64,000 nt of DNA from the NCBI GenBank assembly GCA_943788815.1, contig CALSRS010000003.1:161193-225192 (forward strand), written 5' to 3'. The stretch comes from an uncultured Gammaproteobacteria bacterium (lineage in GTDB: Bacteria; Pseudomonadota; Gammaproteobacteria; Eutrophobiales; Eutrophobiaceae). The first letter of the stretch is position 1. Every line of letters starts with the position of its first letter. Made by a program: the position numbers and the translations under genes. The notes beneath the pieces are model-generated. The model did no database searches. It worked only from the letters and a program-made list of their open reading frames with translations, and had not been told where the DNA came from. Below are positions 10,659 through 22,559 of this stretch, in pieces.

Positions 10659-11924
10659 ATGAATATACGATATTTACATCGTTTTCAGTATCTTTTGGAA
10701 TGGGTATTTTATTTTACTCGTTTTTTCTTCAGACAGTTCTATCAACAACGCGGTTTACAAATCGCTTCTTCATTGGCTTACGCAACATTACTTGCACTGG
10801 TCCCAATTATCACTGTGATGTTTGGATTTCTTGGCGGGTTGCCCGTATTTGAAAATGTTGGCACTTCTGTTCAAACTTATATTTTTAATAATTTTGTTCC
10901 TGCATTTGGAGAAACTATACTTACATATTTAAGGACTTTTTCTCAAAAAGCATCACAATTAACCATTACCGGCCTGGCAATGATTTTTTTTATAGCCATT
11001 ATGTTGATGGCAACAATTGATAATGCTTTTAATACGATATGGCATATTCGTAACAAGAGGAACCCCGTTGCCCGTTTTCTTGTTTACTGGGCAATTCTCA
11101 CTATGGGTCCCCTATTATTGGGTGTGGGTATGTTTTCAACTTCCTATATCTTGTCTCTACCGGCAATCAGCGATGTCGATGCAGGGTTTGGACTGAAAGA
11201 AAGTTTCTTATCATGGCTACCTTTTTTGACTACGTCTGTTGCATTCACAATTTTATATGTTCTTGTTCCAAACTGTTTTGTTCTGAGGAGACATGCAGTA
11301 GTGGGTGGTATAACAGCAGCATTATTGTTTGAATTTGCAAAATATGGTTTTGGAATCTATGTCAGGGATATTGCAAGTTTTGAAACCATTTACGGCACAC
11401 TGGCGATTGTTCCAATATTTTTGATATGGATATACACATCGTGGGTTGTCTTAATCCTTGGCGCCCATATTACATTTTGTCTCTCTGCTTTTCATTTCTC
11501 GGTTGAAAGGCGTGGAATTAAGGATCACGAATGGTCTTTTGCGGATGTTTATCATGTGATTTATTTTTTGTGGATGGCACAAAAGGATGGGAAAACGTTG
11601 TCTAGTTATGATATCCGGCGTAGCGGGGTTAAGGCGCCTCAATATCAGATAAATGAAATTATGGGGAATTTGCAGAATGCCAATTGGGTCCAGACAACCG
11701 GAGCAGGTCACTGGATATTGTCACGAGATATGGATGAAGTGTCCGTAATGGACCTGGTTAAAATTACACCAAAACCCCTTCCGGTCGATTTAGATATTGA
11801 GGGCCATAATACAAAGCTCGGAGGTTTAAATGATCTACTATTGGAATATCATGATAGCCTTGGGAAAAATCTGGGGGTTCCTTTAAGTCAGCTCCTTGTA
11901 AAGACTTTAGAGCAAAAAGACTGA
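10659..11924 (+). CDS. yihY: YihY/BrkB (virulence factor BrkB / RNase BN-like) family inner-membrane protein with C-terminal extension
   Basis: LQIASSLAYATLLALVPIITV plus six TM segments, with a ~130-aa soluble C-terminal domain. Confidence 0.75.
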   Translation: MNIRYLHRFQYLLEWVFYFTRFFFRQFYQQRGLQIASSLAYATLLALVPIITVMFGFLGGLPVFENVGTSVQTYIFNNFVPAFGETILTYLRTFSQKASQLTITGLAMIFFIAIMLMATIDNAFNTIWHIRNKRNPVARFLVYWAILTMGPLLLGVGMFSTSYILSLPAISDVDAGFGLKESFLSWLPFLTTSVAFTILYVLVPNCFVLRRHAVVGGITAALLFEFAKYGFGIYVRDIASFETIYGTLAIVPIFLIWIYTSWVVLILGAHITFCLSAFHFSVERRGIKDHEWSFADVYHVIYFLWMAQKDGKTLSSYDIRRSGVKAPQYQINEIMGNLQNANWVQTTGAGHWILSRDMDEVSVMDLVKITPKPLPVDLDIEGHNTKLGGLNDLLLEYHDSLGKNLGVPLSQLLVKTLEQKD

Positions 11925-11944
11925 TGTTAGATTAAATTTCAATT

Positions 11945-13552
11945 TCAAGCTGACACGTTTTTATTTATTGTAAATTGTTCAAATCCAGTAGTAGATTCTG
12001 TTAATGATCCTGTAATTGCCTTGATGCTGTTGCCCTTTATATTAAGCTCAATTTCTCGGTTTTTAATGAACATACCTTTATCTGTAATTATAGAATTACC
12101 ATTGCCTGTATTATTACTTAACAAAAACGCTCGCCGATAACGCATGTCCTGTGCACTTCCAGTGCATGCTCTGATTGCGGCGGTCCGTGTATCAGTTGAT
12201 ATAATCTGTGCCCCAATCCTGAATATTTCTCCATCTTTTATCATCAGCCAACGCACCGTCCCTATCGCCCACTTTTTATCAGAATTTTTAGTATCTATAA
12301 TAACCAGTTCTCCAACCTTAATATTATGTGCAGGTTTTAATTTACGTATAACTGCAAATCCACGTGAGCTTTGGTCAACTAATTCCCAAATGTCAGTTTT
12401 ATAATCCTTCATAGGGGCAGTTGGATTGTTGATTATCTCATATTCCAGATCTTCTTCTGACTCAATGATTGGAGGAGGAGAGAACTCTTCCTGATTATTA
12501 AGGAAATAATATACGTCGTTTAAACCGCACGCGAGTTCAAGCTTGCCAGAACGTTGCTTTCTGGGACTACTACGTTTGGGTGGTCGCCCCCAAACAACGG
12601 TTAGGTGTTCCAGAATCATTTTTGCAAAGTAAGGTGAAATAACAATAGATTTTTCCGGTCGCCCACTAGATTCTATGGTGTGTAAATGTTCATTTATTTT
12701 TTTATAAAGTTTTGTTGCATCAATAATGCGATGTTTATCACTAGCCTTGCTCAAGTTGAATTTTGAATAAGGTATAGGAATATTATCTGACTGTAGATTT
12801 GCGACAAACCGATTAATATCATTTTCAGTTTTTTCAAATGGTGAAATTTCAATTAATCTTATCCAATCACTCAGTTGTTCATAAATTTCCCAAATCGCAC
12901 CATAAGGAAGGTGATGGGGATCTGCTAATGAAGCTAGTAGGATTCGTTTATATGCGTCAGCGATTGTATTAATATTTTTGTTGGGAAATGATTCCGAAGA
13001 TGCAATGGTTGTATTTTCTTGCTTTAGAGATTCTGCAAAATCATAAATAAAGTTTATTTCTTTCCAAACATTTTTAGGTGCTGGTGAATATTCCAGATAA
13101 CTGAAAATAAGAGCGTGTGATAAATAATTTAAAGAGTATAAAAGATTTGCCAATGGTGGCTTGGATTGTTTCCAGAGTGTTTTTTTCTTAAGAGTATCTT
13201 CAGCCGATAATCTACATGCCTTGGCAAGGTTGGTTGCAATATTTTTTAATACTCTGATTTGTTCCTGTGCCGTTTCAATAGATTGTAAGGTATGTTGGGC
13301 ACCAGCCTTAATTTGTGAATCAATATAATACTGATACGGTTGTGCATATAATTCCACAAGTTCCAGGCGAGTTGATGGCTTAACATCTTGCTCATTGGTT
13401 AATGCTGTTGCTTGAGCCAATAATTGGCTGGTTTTTTTAAAATCAATATAGGGCAGTTTCTCCAGCCACTCTTCAATGTACATAGGCCGGGTATCAATCT
13501 GCAGGCCATTTGAGGTTTTTCGAGTTGGAATTTCAAATATGCTTGATGTCAT
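11945..13552 (-). CDS. Conserved hypothetical protein, 535 aa, possible PilZ-like C-terminal domain
   Basis: Long ORF with ATG confirmed, syntenic between yihY and acyP/proS. The C-terminus contains DQSSRGFAV, which is D-x-S-x-x-G-like, followed by a beta-rich segment. No clear RxxxR motif lies upstream of it. Confidence 0.5.
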   Translation of the reverse strand: MTSSIFEIPTRKTSNGLQIDTRPMYIEEWLEKLPYIDFKKTSQLLAQATALTNEQDVKPSTRLELVELYAQPYQYYIDSQIKAGAQHTLQSIETAQEQIRVLKNIATNLAKACRLSAEDTLKKKTLWKQSKPPLANLLYSLNYLSHALIFSYLEYSPAPKNVWKEINFIYDFAESLKQENTTIASSESFPNKNINTIADAYKRILLASLADPHHLPYGAIWEIYEQLSDWIRLIEISPFEKTENDINRFVANLQSDNIPIPYSKFNLSKASDKHRIIDATKLYKKINEHLHTIESSGRPEKSIVISPYFAKMILEHLTVVWGRPPKRSSPRKQRSGKLELACGLNDVYYFLNNQEEFSPPPIIESEEDLEYEIINNPTAPMKDYKTDIWELVDQSSRGFAVIRKLKPAHNIKVGELVIIDTKNSDKKWAIGTVRWLMIKDGEIFRIGAQIISTDTRTAAIRACTGSAQDMRYRRAFLLSNNTGNGNSIITDKGMFIKNREIELNIKGNSIKAITGSLTESTTGFEQFTINKNVSA

Positions 13553-13771
13553 CGTAATTATTATAATTTTTTTATTAAATTAATAAGAGCAATTTTTATT
13601 CCAGTTTTCTTCACATCAATCAAATTTACGTTTAAGTTGGGATTATAATGATTGCTTTGAGAGCCGGATCACATTTTGTATCATTCATAATGGAATTTTT
13701 AGTCAACTAAGCCGGTTTATTTCATTACCTGACACGATTGCATGCTTATTATATTAGATAGGAAGAATTGA

Positions 13772-14071
13772 TTGTCTCAAATTAGCGACACTGTTCCAGA
13801 TCAATTTAAGACGGTTTACTTCAGGGTAAAAGGACGGGTACAAGGTGTTTATTTTCGAGCATCAACCAAATCAGCTGCAGATAAGTCAGGTATTACAGGC
13901 TGGGTCAAAAACAGGACCGATGGTGATGTGGATGGTATGGCTACTGGTAGTGAGGAACAACTGTCTGGATTTGTCAGTTGGTTAAAACAGGGGCCCAAGC
14001 TGGCAAATGTTAGTACCGTTGAAATCTGCACATCTGACGCGCAAGAATATGAAGGTTTTGAAATACGTTAA
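13772..14071 (+). CDS. acyP: Acylphosphatase
   Basis: VYFRVKGRVQGVYFRASTK...GWVKNRTDGDV is the acylphosphatase signature. The frame has a stop immediately upstream and no in-frame ATG. A TTG start at 13772 has a GGAAG SD sequence 6 nt upstream. Confidence 0.8.
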   Translation: MSQISDTVPDQFKTVYFRVKGRVQGVYFRASTKSAADKSGITGWVKNRTDGDVDGMATGSEEQLSGFVSWLKQGPKLANVSTVEICTSDAQEYEGFEIR

Positions 14072-14072
14072 C

Positions 14073-15773
14073 CTATTTTTTCTTAATAAAGTTCAGGACA
14101 TCGTCAATCTGTAAATCTTGATGGTCTTTATCCTTTCGTCCCTTGTATTCAACTATTCCTTTATCTAACCCTTTTTCACTCATGACAATACGATGAGGAA
14201 TTCCCAGAAGTTCCATGTCAGCGAACATCACACCTGGTCGCTCCTTTCTGTTGTCCAGTAATACATCGAAACCGGCATCTCGAGCGATATTGTAGAAATC
14301 TTCTACAGCTTCACTCAAGCGTCGGGATTTATGCATATTGATCGGTACTATTGCTATATCGAAGGGTGCAATGGATTCTGGCCAGATAATTCCATATTCA
14401 TCATGATTTTGTTCTATTGCCGCGGCGACGATTCTGCTAATTCCAATCCCGTAACATCCCATAATTAATGTGACTGATTTACCTTTTTCATCGAGACAGT
14501 TTACCTTCATGGAACTGCTGTATTTAGTCCCTAGCTGAAATATATGTCCAACTTCTATGCCTTTGGCTATCCTGACAGTATTTTTAGTACCTGGCGCTGT
14601 TTCCCCTACTGAAATATTTCTTAGATCTAAAAAATCAGGTGCTGGCAGGTCTTTGTCCCAGTTTACCCCTGTATAGTGGTAGCCATTCTCATTTGCACCA
14701 CAAACAAAATCAGACATTATCGCAGTACTATGATCGGCATAAACCGGGATTTTTAGATCAACTGGTCCTATAGAGCCGATATCGCATCCAAGGTGTTTTG
14801 AAATATCTTCCGAAGATGCAAACTTTAATGGTGTGTGAATGCCCTCAATGCGTTCTGCCTTGATACGGTTTAATTCATGATCTCCGCGTAGTAATAAGGC
14901 GATTAGTTGATCATCTTTTCCATGAACTATCAGTGTTTTGAGGGTCTGTTTGCTTGGGATATTAAGATAGCTGCTAATATCAGAAATGCTATGTTGTTTC
15001 GGGGTTGAAACCTTTTCCATATCCTGACCTGGGTCCTCCCGACTTTCTGATGGTGCTTGAGTCTCTACCATTTCAATATTTGCGGCAAAGCTACCATCAT
15101 CAGTAAAAACGATTTCATCTTCACCTGATTCTGCCAGTACGTGAAATTCGTGAGATGTATCTCCGCCAATGTTTCCGCTATCTGCCAGGACAGCACGATA
15201 TTCCAGTCCCAGGCGATCAAAGATTTTAGAATAGGTTTGATACATGGTTTCATAGGTGGCATTTAGTGATTCTTCGTCGAGATGAAATGAATAAGCATCT
15301 TTCATAATAAATTCCCGGGCACGCATTACACCAAATCTGGGTCTGATTTCATCTCGGAATTTCGTTTGAATCTGGTAAAAGATGGCAGGTAATTGTTTAT
15401 AACTTCTAATTTCACGTCGAACCAGATCAGTAATGACTTCTTCATGTGTTGGGCCCAGGCAAAATCCTCTATCGTGGCGATCAGAAAATCTGAGGAGTTC
15501 CGGACCATACTGCTCCCATCGGCCAGTTTCTTGCCAAAGCTCAGCAGGTTGAACCCCTGGCATCAGTAATTCCTGTGCAGTTACTGCGTTCATTTCTTCT
15601 CGGACAATTTGCTCAACTTTTCTCAATACTTTCAGACCGGTAGGCAGCCAAATATACACGCCAGAGGCGAGTTGTCGTATGAGTCCGGCACGCAGCATTA
15701 ATTGGTGACTAATCGTTTCCGCATCTGCGGGCACTTGCCGTTGTGTTGCTAAAAGTAACTGCGCTGTTTGCAT
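14073..15773 (-). CDS. proS: Proline--tRNA ligase (bacterial type with editing domain)
   Basis: 566 aa with class II aaRS motifs and the ProRS N-terminus (MRASQLLLATLRE-like). It is convergent with acyP, with 1 nt between the stop codons. Confidence 0.95.
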   Translation of the reverse strand: MQTAQLLLATQRQVPADAETISHQLMLRAGLIRQLASGVYIWLPTGLKVLRKVEQIVREEMNAVTAQELLMPGVQPAELWQETGRWEQYGPELLRFSDRHDRGFCLGPTHEEVITDLVRREIRSYKQLPAIFYQIQTKFRDEIRPRFGVMRAREFIMKDAYSFHLDEESLNATYETMYQTYSKIFDRLGLEYRAVLADSGNIGGDTSHEFHVLAESGEDEIVFTDDGSFAANIEMVETQAPSESREDPGQDMEKVSTPKQHSISDISSYLNIPSKQTLKTLIVHGKDDQLIALLLRGDHELNRIKAERIEGIHTPLKFASSEDISKHLGCDIGSIGPVDLKIPVYADHSTAIMSDFVCGANENGYHYTGVNWDKDLPAPDFLDLRNISVGETAPGTKNTVRIAKGIEVGHIFQLGTKYSSSMKVNCLDEKGKSVTLIMGCYGIGISRIVAAAIEQNHDEYGIIWPESIAPFDIAIVPINMHKSRRLSEAVEDFYNIARDAGFDVLLDNRKERPGVMFADMELLGIPHRIVMSEKGLDKGIVEYKGRKDKDHQDLQIDDVLNFIKKK

Positions 15774-15882
15774 TATTTAATACTCTTTAGTTATCCATCT
15801 GTGGTCGCGTATGTTATCTCACTAGTCACCTGAGCTTAAATTGATTACCAGATACAGATACTGGCCAGGATTTTTAAAAAAT

Positions 15883-15927
15883 TGTGCAAAGCACAACTTG
15901 ACCTCTGTCAGGAAAATCAGTAGTTTA
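15883..15927 (+). promoter_or_regulatory. Candidate ilvIH promoter with adjacent perfect palindrome TTGTGCaaaGCACAA
   Basis: The palindrome at 15883-15897 lies immediately 5' of TTGACC (15899-15904). A 17-nt spacer and TAGTTT (15922-15927) follow, ~40 nt upstream of the ilvI GTG. Confidence 0.3.
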
Positions 15928-15966
15928 GCAGGATTTATCTATTAGGAATATTCGAGAGAAAAATCG

Positions 15967-17691
15967 GTGGAAACGAACGAAAAACTACGTGGAGCAGACA
16001 TATTTGTCCGATCATTAATTGATGAAGGGGTAACTCACCTATTTGGTTATCCAGGCGGTGCCGTTTTACATATTTATGATGCGCTATATAAGCAGCAAGA
16101 AATCAATCACATCCTGGTGAGACATGAACAGGGTGCAACACACGCAGCAGACGGATATGCCCGGGCAACGGGTAAGCCGGGTGTCGTCCTTGTAACCTCA
16201 GGACCTGGCGTTACAAATGCGATTACCGGTATTGCTACTGCCTATATGGACTCTATTCCCCTGGTGGTCTTTTCCGGTCAGGTAATAACAAGCATGATAG
16301 GCAATGATGCATTTCAGGAGGTCGATGCCATCGGTATTTCCAGGCCATGTGTTAAGCATAATTTCCTGGTAAAAGATGTTAAAGACCTGGCAAGCACCAT
16401 TAAGAAGGCATTTTATGTTGCCATGAGTGGACGTCCTGGTCCTGTATTAGTGGATATCCCTAAAGATGTGACAGCTGATATGTGTGATTATTCCTATCCT
16501 AAGGATATCGAGATGCGGTCATACCGTCCTGTTACCAAGGGACATCCCGGGCAAATTAAACGTGCAATCAAGATGCTTATGTCAGCAAAAAAACCGATGG
16601 TTTATACCGGTGGTGGAGTCATCCTCAGCGATGCTCATGAAGAATTAACATTTATGACACAAAAGCTTGGATATCCTATAACCAATACCTTAATGGGGCT
16701 AGGGGGCTATCCGGCAACTGATAAGCAGTTTCTGGGCATGCTGGGTATGCATGGTACTTATGAAGCAAATATGGCCATGCATCATTGCGATGTACTATTG
16801 GCAATCGGTGCTCGGTTTGATGACAGGGTTACGGGTGACCTGGAAAAGTTCTGCCCTTATGCAAGGATCATACATATCGATGTTGACCCAGCATCAATTG
16901 CAAAAAATGTCCCGGTTGATATTCCAATTGTGGGTGATGTGAAAAGTGTATTATCTGACATCAATAAATCCCTGGAATCCCAGCTGCACAAGATTGATAA
17001 AGAAGCAATTGCACTCTGGTGGAACCAGATCCATGAATGGCAAAAAATGGATTGCCTGAGATTTGACAGGCAATCAGAGAAAATTAAACCTCAGCATGTA
17101 ATTGAAACACTTTATAATTTAACCAATGGTGATGCATATGTAACATCTGATGTTGGTCAGCATCAAATGTGGGCCGCCCAGTTTTATAAATTTAATAAAC
17201 CAAGGCGCTGGATAAATTCGGGTGGATTAGGAACTATGGGTTTCGGTCTTCCTGCGGCGATGGGCGTCAAGGTGGCACACCCGGATGATACGGTTGTCTG
17301 TATCAGTGGAGAAGCCAGCCTGGTGATGTGTATACAAGAACTGTCTACCTGTTTGCAGTATGGTCTACCCGTTAAGATCATTCTGTTGAATAATCGGTAT
17401 ATGGGCATGGTTCGTCAATGGCAGGAATTTTTTTATGACAAAAGGTATTCGCATTCCTATATGGATGCCTTACCTGATTTTACTAAACTTGCTGAAAGTT
17501 TTGGACACGTGGGCTTACGTGTCGAAAAATCAAGTGATGTAAAAGGGGCTCTGGAAGAAGGTCTGGCCATGACGGATAGACTGGTATTGATGAATTTCAT
17601 AACTGATCAAACTGAGAATGTTTATCCAATGATAGCGGCGGGCAAAGGGCAGCATGAAATGCACCTTACGCCAGAACGAGAATTGGCCTGA
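15967..17691 (+). CDS. ilvI: Acetolactate synthase (acetohydroxy-acid synthase) large subunit
   Basis: 574 aa with ThDP/FAD-binding AHAS motifs (GYPGGAVLHIYDAL; GLGTMGFGLPAAMG). GTG start at 15967 has a GAGAG SD sequence. Confidence 0.9.
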   Translation: METNEKLRGADIFVRSLIDEGVTHLFGYPGGAVLHIYDALYKQQEINHILVRHEQGATHAADGYARATGKPGVVLVTSGPGVTNAITGIATAYMDSIPLVVFSGQVITSMIGNDAFQEVDAIGISRPCVKHNFLVKDVKDLASTIKKAFYVAMSGRPGPVLVDIPKDVTADMCDYSYPKDIEMRSYRPVTKGHPGQIKRAIKMLMSAKKPMVYTGGGVILSDAHEELTFMTQKLGYPITNTLMGLGGYPATDKQFLGMLGMHGTYEANMAMHHCDVLLAIGARFDDRVTGDLEKFCPYARIIHIDVDPASIAKNVPVDIPIVGDVKSVLSDINKSLESQLHKIDKEAIALWWNQIHEWQKMDCLRFDRQSEKIKPQHVIETLYNLTNGDAYVTSDVGQHQMWAAQFYKFNKPRRWINSGGLGTMGFGLPAAMGVKVAHPDDTVVCISGEASLVMCIQELSTCLQYGLPVKIILLNNRYMGMVRQWQEFFYDKRYSHSYMDALPDFTKLAESFGHVGLRVEKSSDVKGALEEGLAMTDRLVLMNFITDQTENVYPMIAAGKGQHEMHLTPERELA

Positions 17692-17697
17692 TATAGC

Positions 17698-18189
17698 ATG
17701 CGCCATATACTCTCTTTGCTCGTTGAAAACGAAGCTGGTGCTTTGTCCCGAATATCTGGTTTGTTTTCTGCACGAGCCTTCAATATTGAGTCACTGACTG
17801 TGGCCCCGACAGAAGATGAATCGCTTTCACGCATGACAATAGTGACAACGGGTTCGGACCAGATTATTGAGCAGATCACCAAGCAGTTAAATAAGTTGGT
17901 TGATGTAATTAAGGTTATTGATCTTAATGAAAGGAATTATATTGAAAGGGAGTTATTATTGATCAAACTGGATTCGACCAAGATAGGTACCCCACAGCTG
18001 GAGTCAATTGTAAGTGAGTTTAAGGGTGTAGTGATCGACGATAGTGACAATACAATTACAATAGAATTAATCAATACAGGCGAAGTTCTGGATAGTTTTA
18101 TTGATAAACTAGAGAAAGATTGGATATTCGAAGTAGTCAGGACAGGAGTTTCAGGAATTGCCCTGGGGGCCAGTGTTATAAAATATTAA
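17698..18189 (+). CDS. ilvH: Acetolactate synthase small (regulatory) subunit
   Basis: ACT domain: LSLLVENEAGALSRISGLFSARAFNIESL. It lies 6 nt after ilvI. Confidence 0.9.
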   Translation: MRHILSLLVENEAGALSRISGLFSARAFNIESLTVAPTEDESLSRMTIVTTGSDQIIEQITKQLNKLVDVIKVIDLNERNYIERELLLIKLDSTKIGTPQLESIVSEFKGVVIDDSDNTITIELINTGEVLDSFIDKLEKDWIFEVVRTGVSGIALGASVIKY

Positions 18190-18193
18190 TTAA

Positions 18194-19228
<1,035 letters not shown>

Positions 19229-19292
19229 TCTATTCATTGAGTGTAGCTGAAATAACCATTTTAAATAATGTAGTTAAAACACAGGTAGATTA

Positions 19293-19940
19293 ATGATAAT
19301 AGCCCGAGAGATAAGGCTCACGCTGAGTATCCTTATCATTATCGCCATAATGTCTAAAGTTTACCTGGGATGGTTGCCTGCATTACTTTTACTCTGCGTA
19401 ATCTCATTAGTTGCGTATATCTTTCGAGACCCCGTATGTAATATCCCTTCGGCCCCATTGGCAATAGTCAGTCCTGTCAGTGGGACTATACTGAAAGTCG
19501 AAAGTACGACAGATACCTGGCTAAACAGACCAGCAGTAAAAATTCGTATAGGAATGTCGTATTTGGATGTACATACATTGCGAAGTCCAATAGAAGGAAA
19601 AGTAAGAAACCAGTGGGCACAATCTGATTCTGAAAAAGGAATAAAAAATCGATATACCTACTGGATACAGACTGATGAAGGGGATGACATTGTTTATTCG
19701 ATCGGTACTGTTAATTTTTCGCCATTTTTAGGAATTAATTTACGTTGTGGTGAACGCACGGGGCAGGGGCAAAAATCAGGTTATTTATACTTTTCAGGAA
19801 TTGTGGATGTCTATATTCCAGAAACTTCCAGGGTGCTTATCAATCCTGATGAGAAAATTGATGCTGGTTCAAGTATCCTTGCACTGATCATTCATAAAAG
19901 TGGAGCACAACTGACAAGTACTCAGGTCCCTGTGACATGA
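19293..19940 (+). CDS. Phosphatidylserine decarboxylase-related protein (short PSD family)
   Basis: 215 aa with an N-terminal TM segment and a C-terminal G-S-S autocleavage-like motif (DAGSSIL). It is located immediately upstream of pssA. Confidence 0.55.
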   Translation: MIIAREIRLTLSILIIIAIMSKVYLGWLPALLLLCVISLVAYIFRDPVCNIPSAPLAIVSPVSGTILKVESTTDTWLNRPAVKIRIGMSYLDVHTLRSPIEGKVRNQWAQSDSEKGIKNRYTYWIQTDEGDDIVYSIGTVNFSPFLGINLRCGERTGQGQKSGYLYFSGIVDVYIPETSRVLINPDEKIDAGSSILALIIHKSGAQLTSTQVPVT

Positions 19941-20043
19941 GATTTTGAAAGTAATGTGTGATTTTTCATCATTTATCAGGTAATTCACATTAGCCAGTAG
20001 GCTGAAAAGTTTAAACTGTGGTCTACCTGTGGTATATCAAGCT

Positions 20044-20787
20044 ATGGTAAATCGTCGACCAGGAATTTATTTATTACCCAATCTGTTTACAACTTCAGCT
20101 TTGTTTGCTGGGTTTTATTCTATTATTGCAGCAATCAATGGTCGTTTTGAGGCCGCTGCTATCGCTGTATTTGCAGCAATGATCCTGGATGGTATGGATG
20201 GCAGGATTGCCCGACTTACCAATACACAATCTGATTTTGGTACCCAGTATGACAGTCTCTCCGATATGATTTCCTTCGGACTGGCTCCCGCCTTGTTAAT
20301 TTATCAATGGTCACTATTTAATCTAGGTAAAGTTGGTTGGTCTGCTGCATTTATATATACAGCAGCGGCTGCATTGAGACTGGCACGTTTTAATACGCAG
20401 GTTGCAAATGATGATAAGCGTTATTTTCAGGGACTGGCAAGTCCACCCGCGGCAGCCCTAATCGCGGGCATAGTCTGGTTGGGAGAAAGTATTGGGATAC
20501 CAGATGATAAGGCAAATTTACTGATTACTTTACCCGTAACTGTGATAACTGGTGTATTAATGGTTAGCAATATTCGTTATCACAGTTTTAAGCAAATTGA
20601 TCTCAAAGGAAAAGTCCCCTTTGTATCAATATTGATAGTCGTTTTGGTGTTCTTTTTATTCTCGAGCAACCCACCTTTGATCCTCACATCTGTTGCATTT
20701 TGTTATGCGTGTTCAGGGCCAGCGTTTACACTTTTTATGATTCGAAAACGCCGTGCAGCAAGGAGGTTTTCCGAGGATGAGAATTGA
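20044..20787 (+). CDS. pssA: CDP-diacylglycerol--serine O-phosphatidyltransferase (CDP-alcohol phosphatidyltransferase class)
   Basis: DGMDGRIAR motif. The N-terminus RRPGIYLLPNLFTTSALFAGFY is typical of PssA. The ORF-track start is GTG at 20029. The ATG at 20044 (MVNRRPG...) is preferred. Confidence 0.85.
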   Translation: MVNRRPGIYLLPNLFTTSALFAGFYSIIAAINGRFEAAAIAVFAAMILDGMDGRIARLTNTQSDFGTQYDSLSDMISFGLAPALLIYQWSLFNLGKVGWSAAFIYTAAAALRLARFNTQVANDDKRYFQGLASPPAAALIAGIVWLGESIGIPDDKANLLITLPVTVITGVLMVSNIRYHSFKQIDLKGKVPFVSILIVVLVFFLFSSNPPLILTSVAFCYACSGPAFTLFMIRKRRAARRFSEDEN

Positions 20788-20833
20788 AATAAATACTTGG
20801 CAAATTACGATTCTACAGCTATAGTTGCGCTTT

Positions 20834-20923
20834 ATGTTTACCATCATCAAATTAAATATTCAAAGATCATTTTCTATTTCATTGCCAATCCTTGGTAATG
20901 GCTGCCTGCTCCTGCCCTGTTAG
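20834..20923 (+). promoter_or_regulatory. Candidate leu leader peptide (29 aa, MFTIIKLNIQRSFSISLPILGNGCLLLPC) / attenuator region upstream of leuA
   Basis: A small ORF in the 236-bp pssA-leuA spacer ends with three consecutive Leu codons (CTG CTC CTG). The Leu codons overlap an inverted repeat TGCCCT-gtt-AGGGCA (20913-20927). T-rich runs follow at 20946-20958. Confidence 0.35.
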
Positions 20924-21023
20924 GGCATATACTTTATACATACACTGTTTTTCCCTTTTTGATAAATTTATGTCTTAATTAGGCATGAAAACGGTATAGG
21001 TTAATGCTAAGTGGAGCATTCTA

Positions 21024-22559
21024 ATGAACGATAAATTAATCATATTTGATACAACATTACGAGATGGTGAGCAGAGTCCTGGCGCGTCCATGAACAAGGA
21101 CGAAAAAATTATGATTGCAAGGGCCCTGGAGAAATTACGTGTTGATATCATTGAAGCAGGGTTTCCTATCGCAAGTCCGGGAGATTTTGAGGCGGTTAAA
21201 GCGGTTGCTGAAGTAATATCAGATAGTGTTGTTTGTGGACTGGCCCGTACCAGCGATGCTGATATTGATGCAGCAGGAGAAGCACTAAAACCAGCCAGAC
21301 AGGCGAGGATCCATACTTTTATAGCAACCTCCCCTATTCATATGCAGCACAAATTACGAATGTCGCCAGATGACGTACTTACAACGGCTGTAAAAGCCGT
21401 GAAAAGGGCGGGGAAATATACTGACAACATTGAGTTTTCACCTGAAGATGCAGGAAGATCAGATATCGACTTTCTCTGCCAGGTTATTGAAGCTGTTATT
21501 AATGCAGGCGCGAAAACGATTAATGTTCCTGACACCGTGGGATACAGTATGCCTCATCAGTTTGGAGAGACTATCCGACAATTAATTGAAAGAGTTCCAA
21601 ACTCGGATAAGGCGATTTTTTCTGTGCATTGTCATAATGACCTGGGTCTTGCCGTATCTAATTCCTTGTCTGCAGTACTCAATGGCGCCAGGCAGGTTGA
21701 ATGCACAATTAACGGACTTGGGGAACGTGCTGGCAATGCCGCGCTGGAAGAATTAGTAATGGCCGTAAGGACACGAAGAGACATTTTCGCATGTGATACG
21801 GAAATAGATACTACTGAAATTATGAATTGTTCCAGACTAGTCTCGAATATTACCGGCTTTCCAGTTCAGCCAAATAAGGCAATAGTTGGTGCAAATGCAT
21901 TCGCTCATGAATCCGGTATACATCAAGATGGCGTAATTAAGAGCCGTGAAACATATGAAATCATGAAGGCAGAAGATGTTGGTTTAAATACCAATCGTCT
22001 GGTTTTAGGAAAACATTCAGGTCGAAATGCTTTTAAAACTAGATTAAAAGAACTGGGGTTTGAATTTAACAATGATGAAGATATGAATGCCACATTTAAA
22101 AATTTTAAACAACTAGCAGATAAAAAGCATGAAATATTTGATGAAGATCTCCAGGCCCTGGTTACAGACAGTCTTCAGGATACGTCACTTGAAAGAGTCA
22201 AGTTTGTATCATTGGCAGTAAAGACAGAGACTGGAGAAGTTCCCACAGCAGATATCATACTTACAATTGATGGGAATGAACGCAGGAACCAGTCAACAGG
22301 TGATGGTCCGGTTGATGCTGTATTTAAGGCGATAGAATCGATTTTGAATAGTGGTTGTAGTTTGCTGTTATATTCAGTCAACAGTATTACTGGTGGCACA
22401 GATTCCCAGGGAGAAGTATCTGTCAGAATGAGTAAAAATGGGCGTATCGTAAATGGCAGAGGGGCAGATACGGATATTATTGCAGCATCTGCAAAGGCAT
22501 ATATCAATGCATTGAACCGTGCAATGGGAAATGACGACAGGGAACACCCACAGTTATGA
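21024..22559 (+). CDS. leuA: 2-isopropylmalate synthase
   Basis: 511 aa: [15 protein letters not shown]...[19 protein letters not shown] sequence is present. Confidence 0.95.
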   Translation: MNDKLIIFDTTLRDGEQSPGASMNKDEKIMIARALEKLRVDIIEAGFPIASPGDFEAVKAVAEVISDSVVCGLARTSDADIDAAGEALKPARQARIHTFIATSPIHMQHKLRMSPDDVLTTAVKAVKRAGKYTDNIEFSPEDAGRSDIDFLCQVIEAVINAGAKTINVPDTVGYSMPHQFGETIRQLIERVPNSDKAIFSVHCHNDLGLAVSNSLSAVLNGARQVECTINGLGERAGNAALEELVMAVRTRRDIFACDTEIDTTEIMNCSRLVSNITGFPVQPNKAIVGANAFAHESGIHQDGVIKSRETYEIMKAEDVGLNTNRLVLGKHSGRNAFKTRLKELGFEFNNDEDMNATFKNFKQLADKKHEIFDEDLQALVTDSLQDTSLERVKFVSLAVKTETGEVPTADIILTIDGNERRNQSTGDGPVDAVFKAIESILNSGCSLLLYSVNSITGGTDSQGEVSVRMSKNGRIVNGRGADTDIIAASAKAYINALNRAMGNDDREHPQL

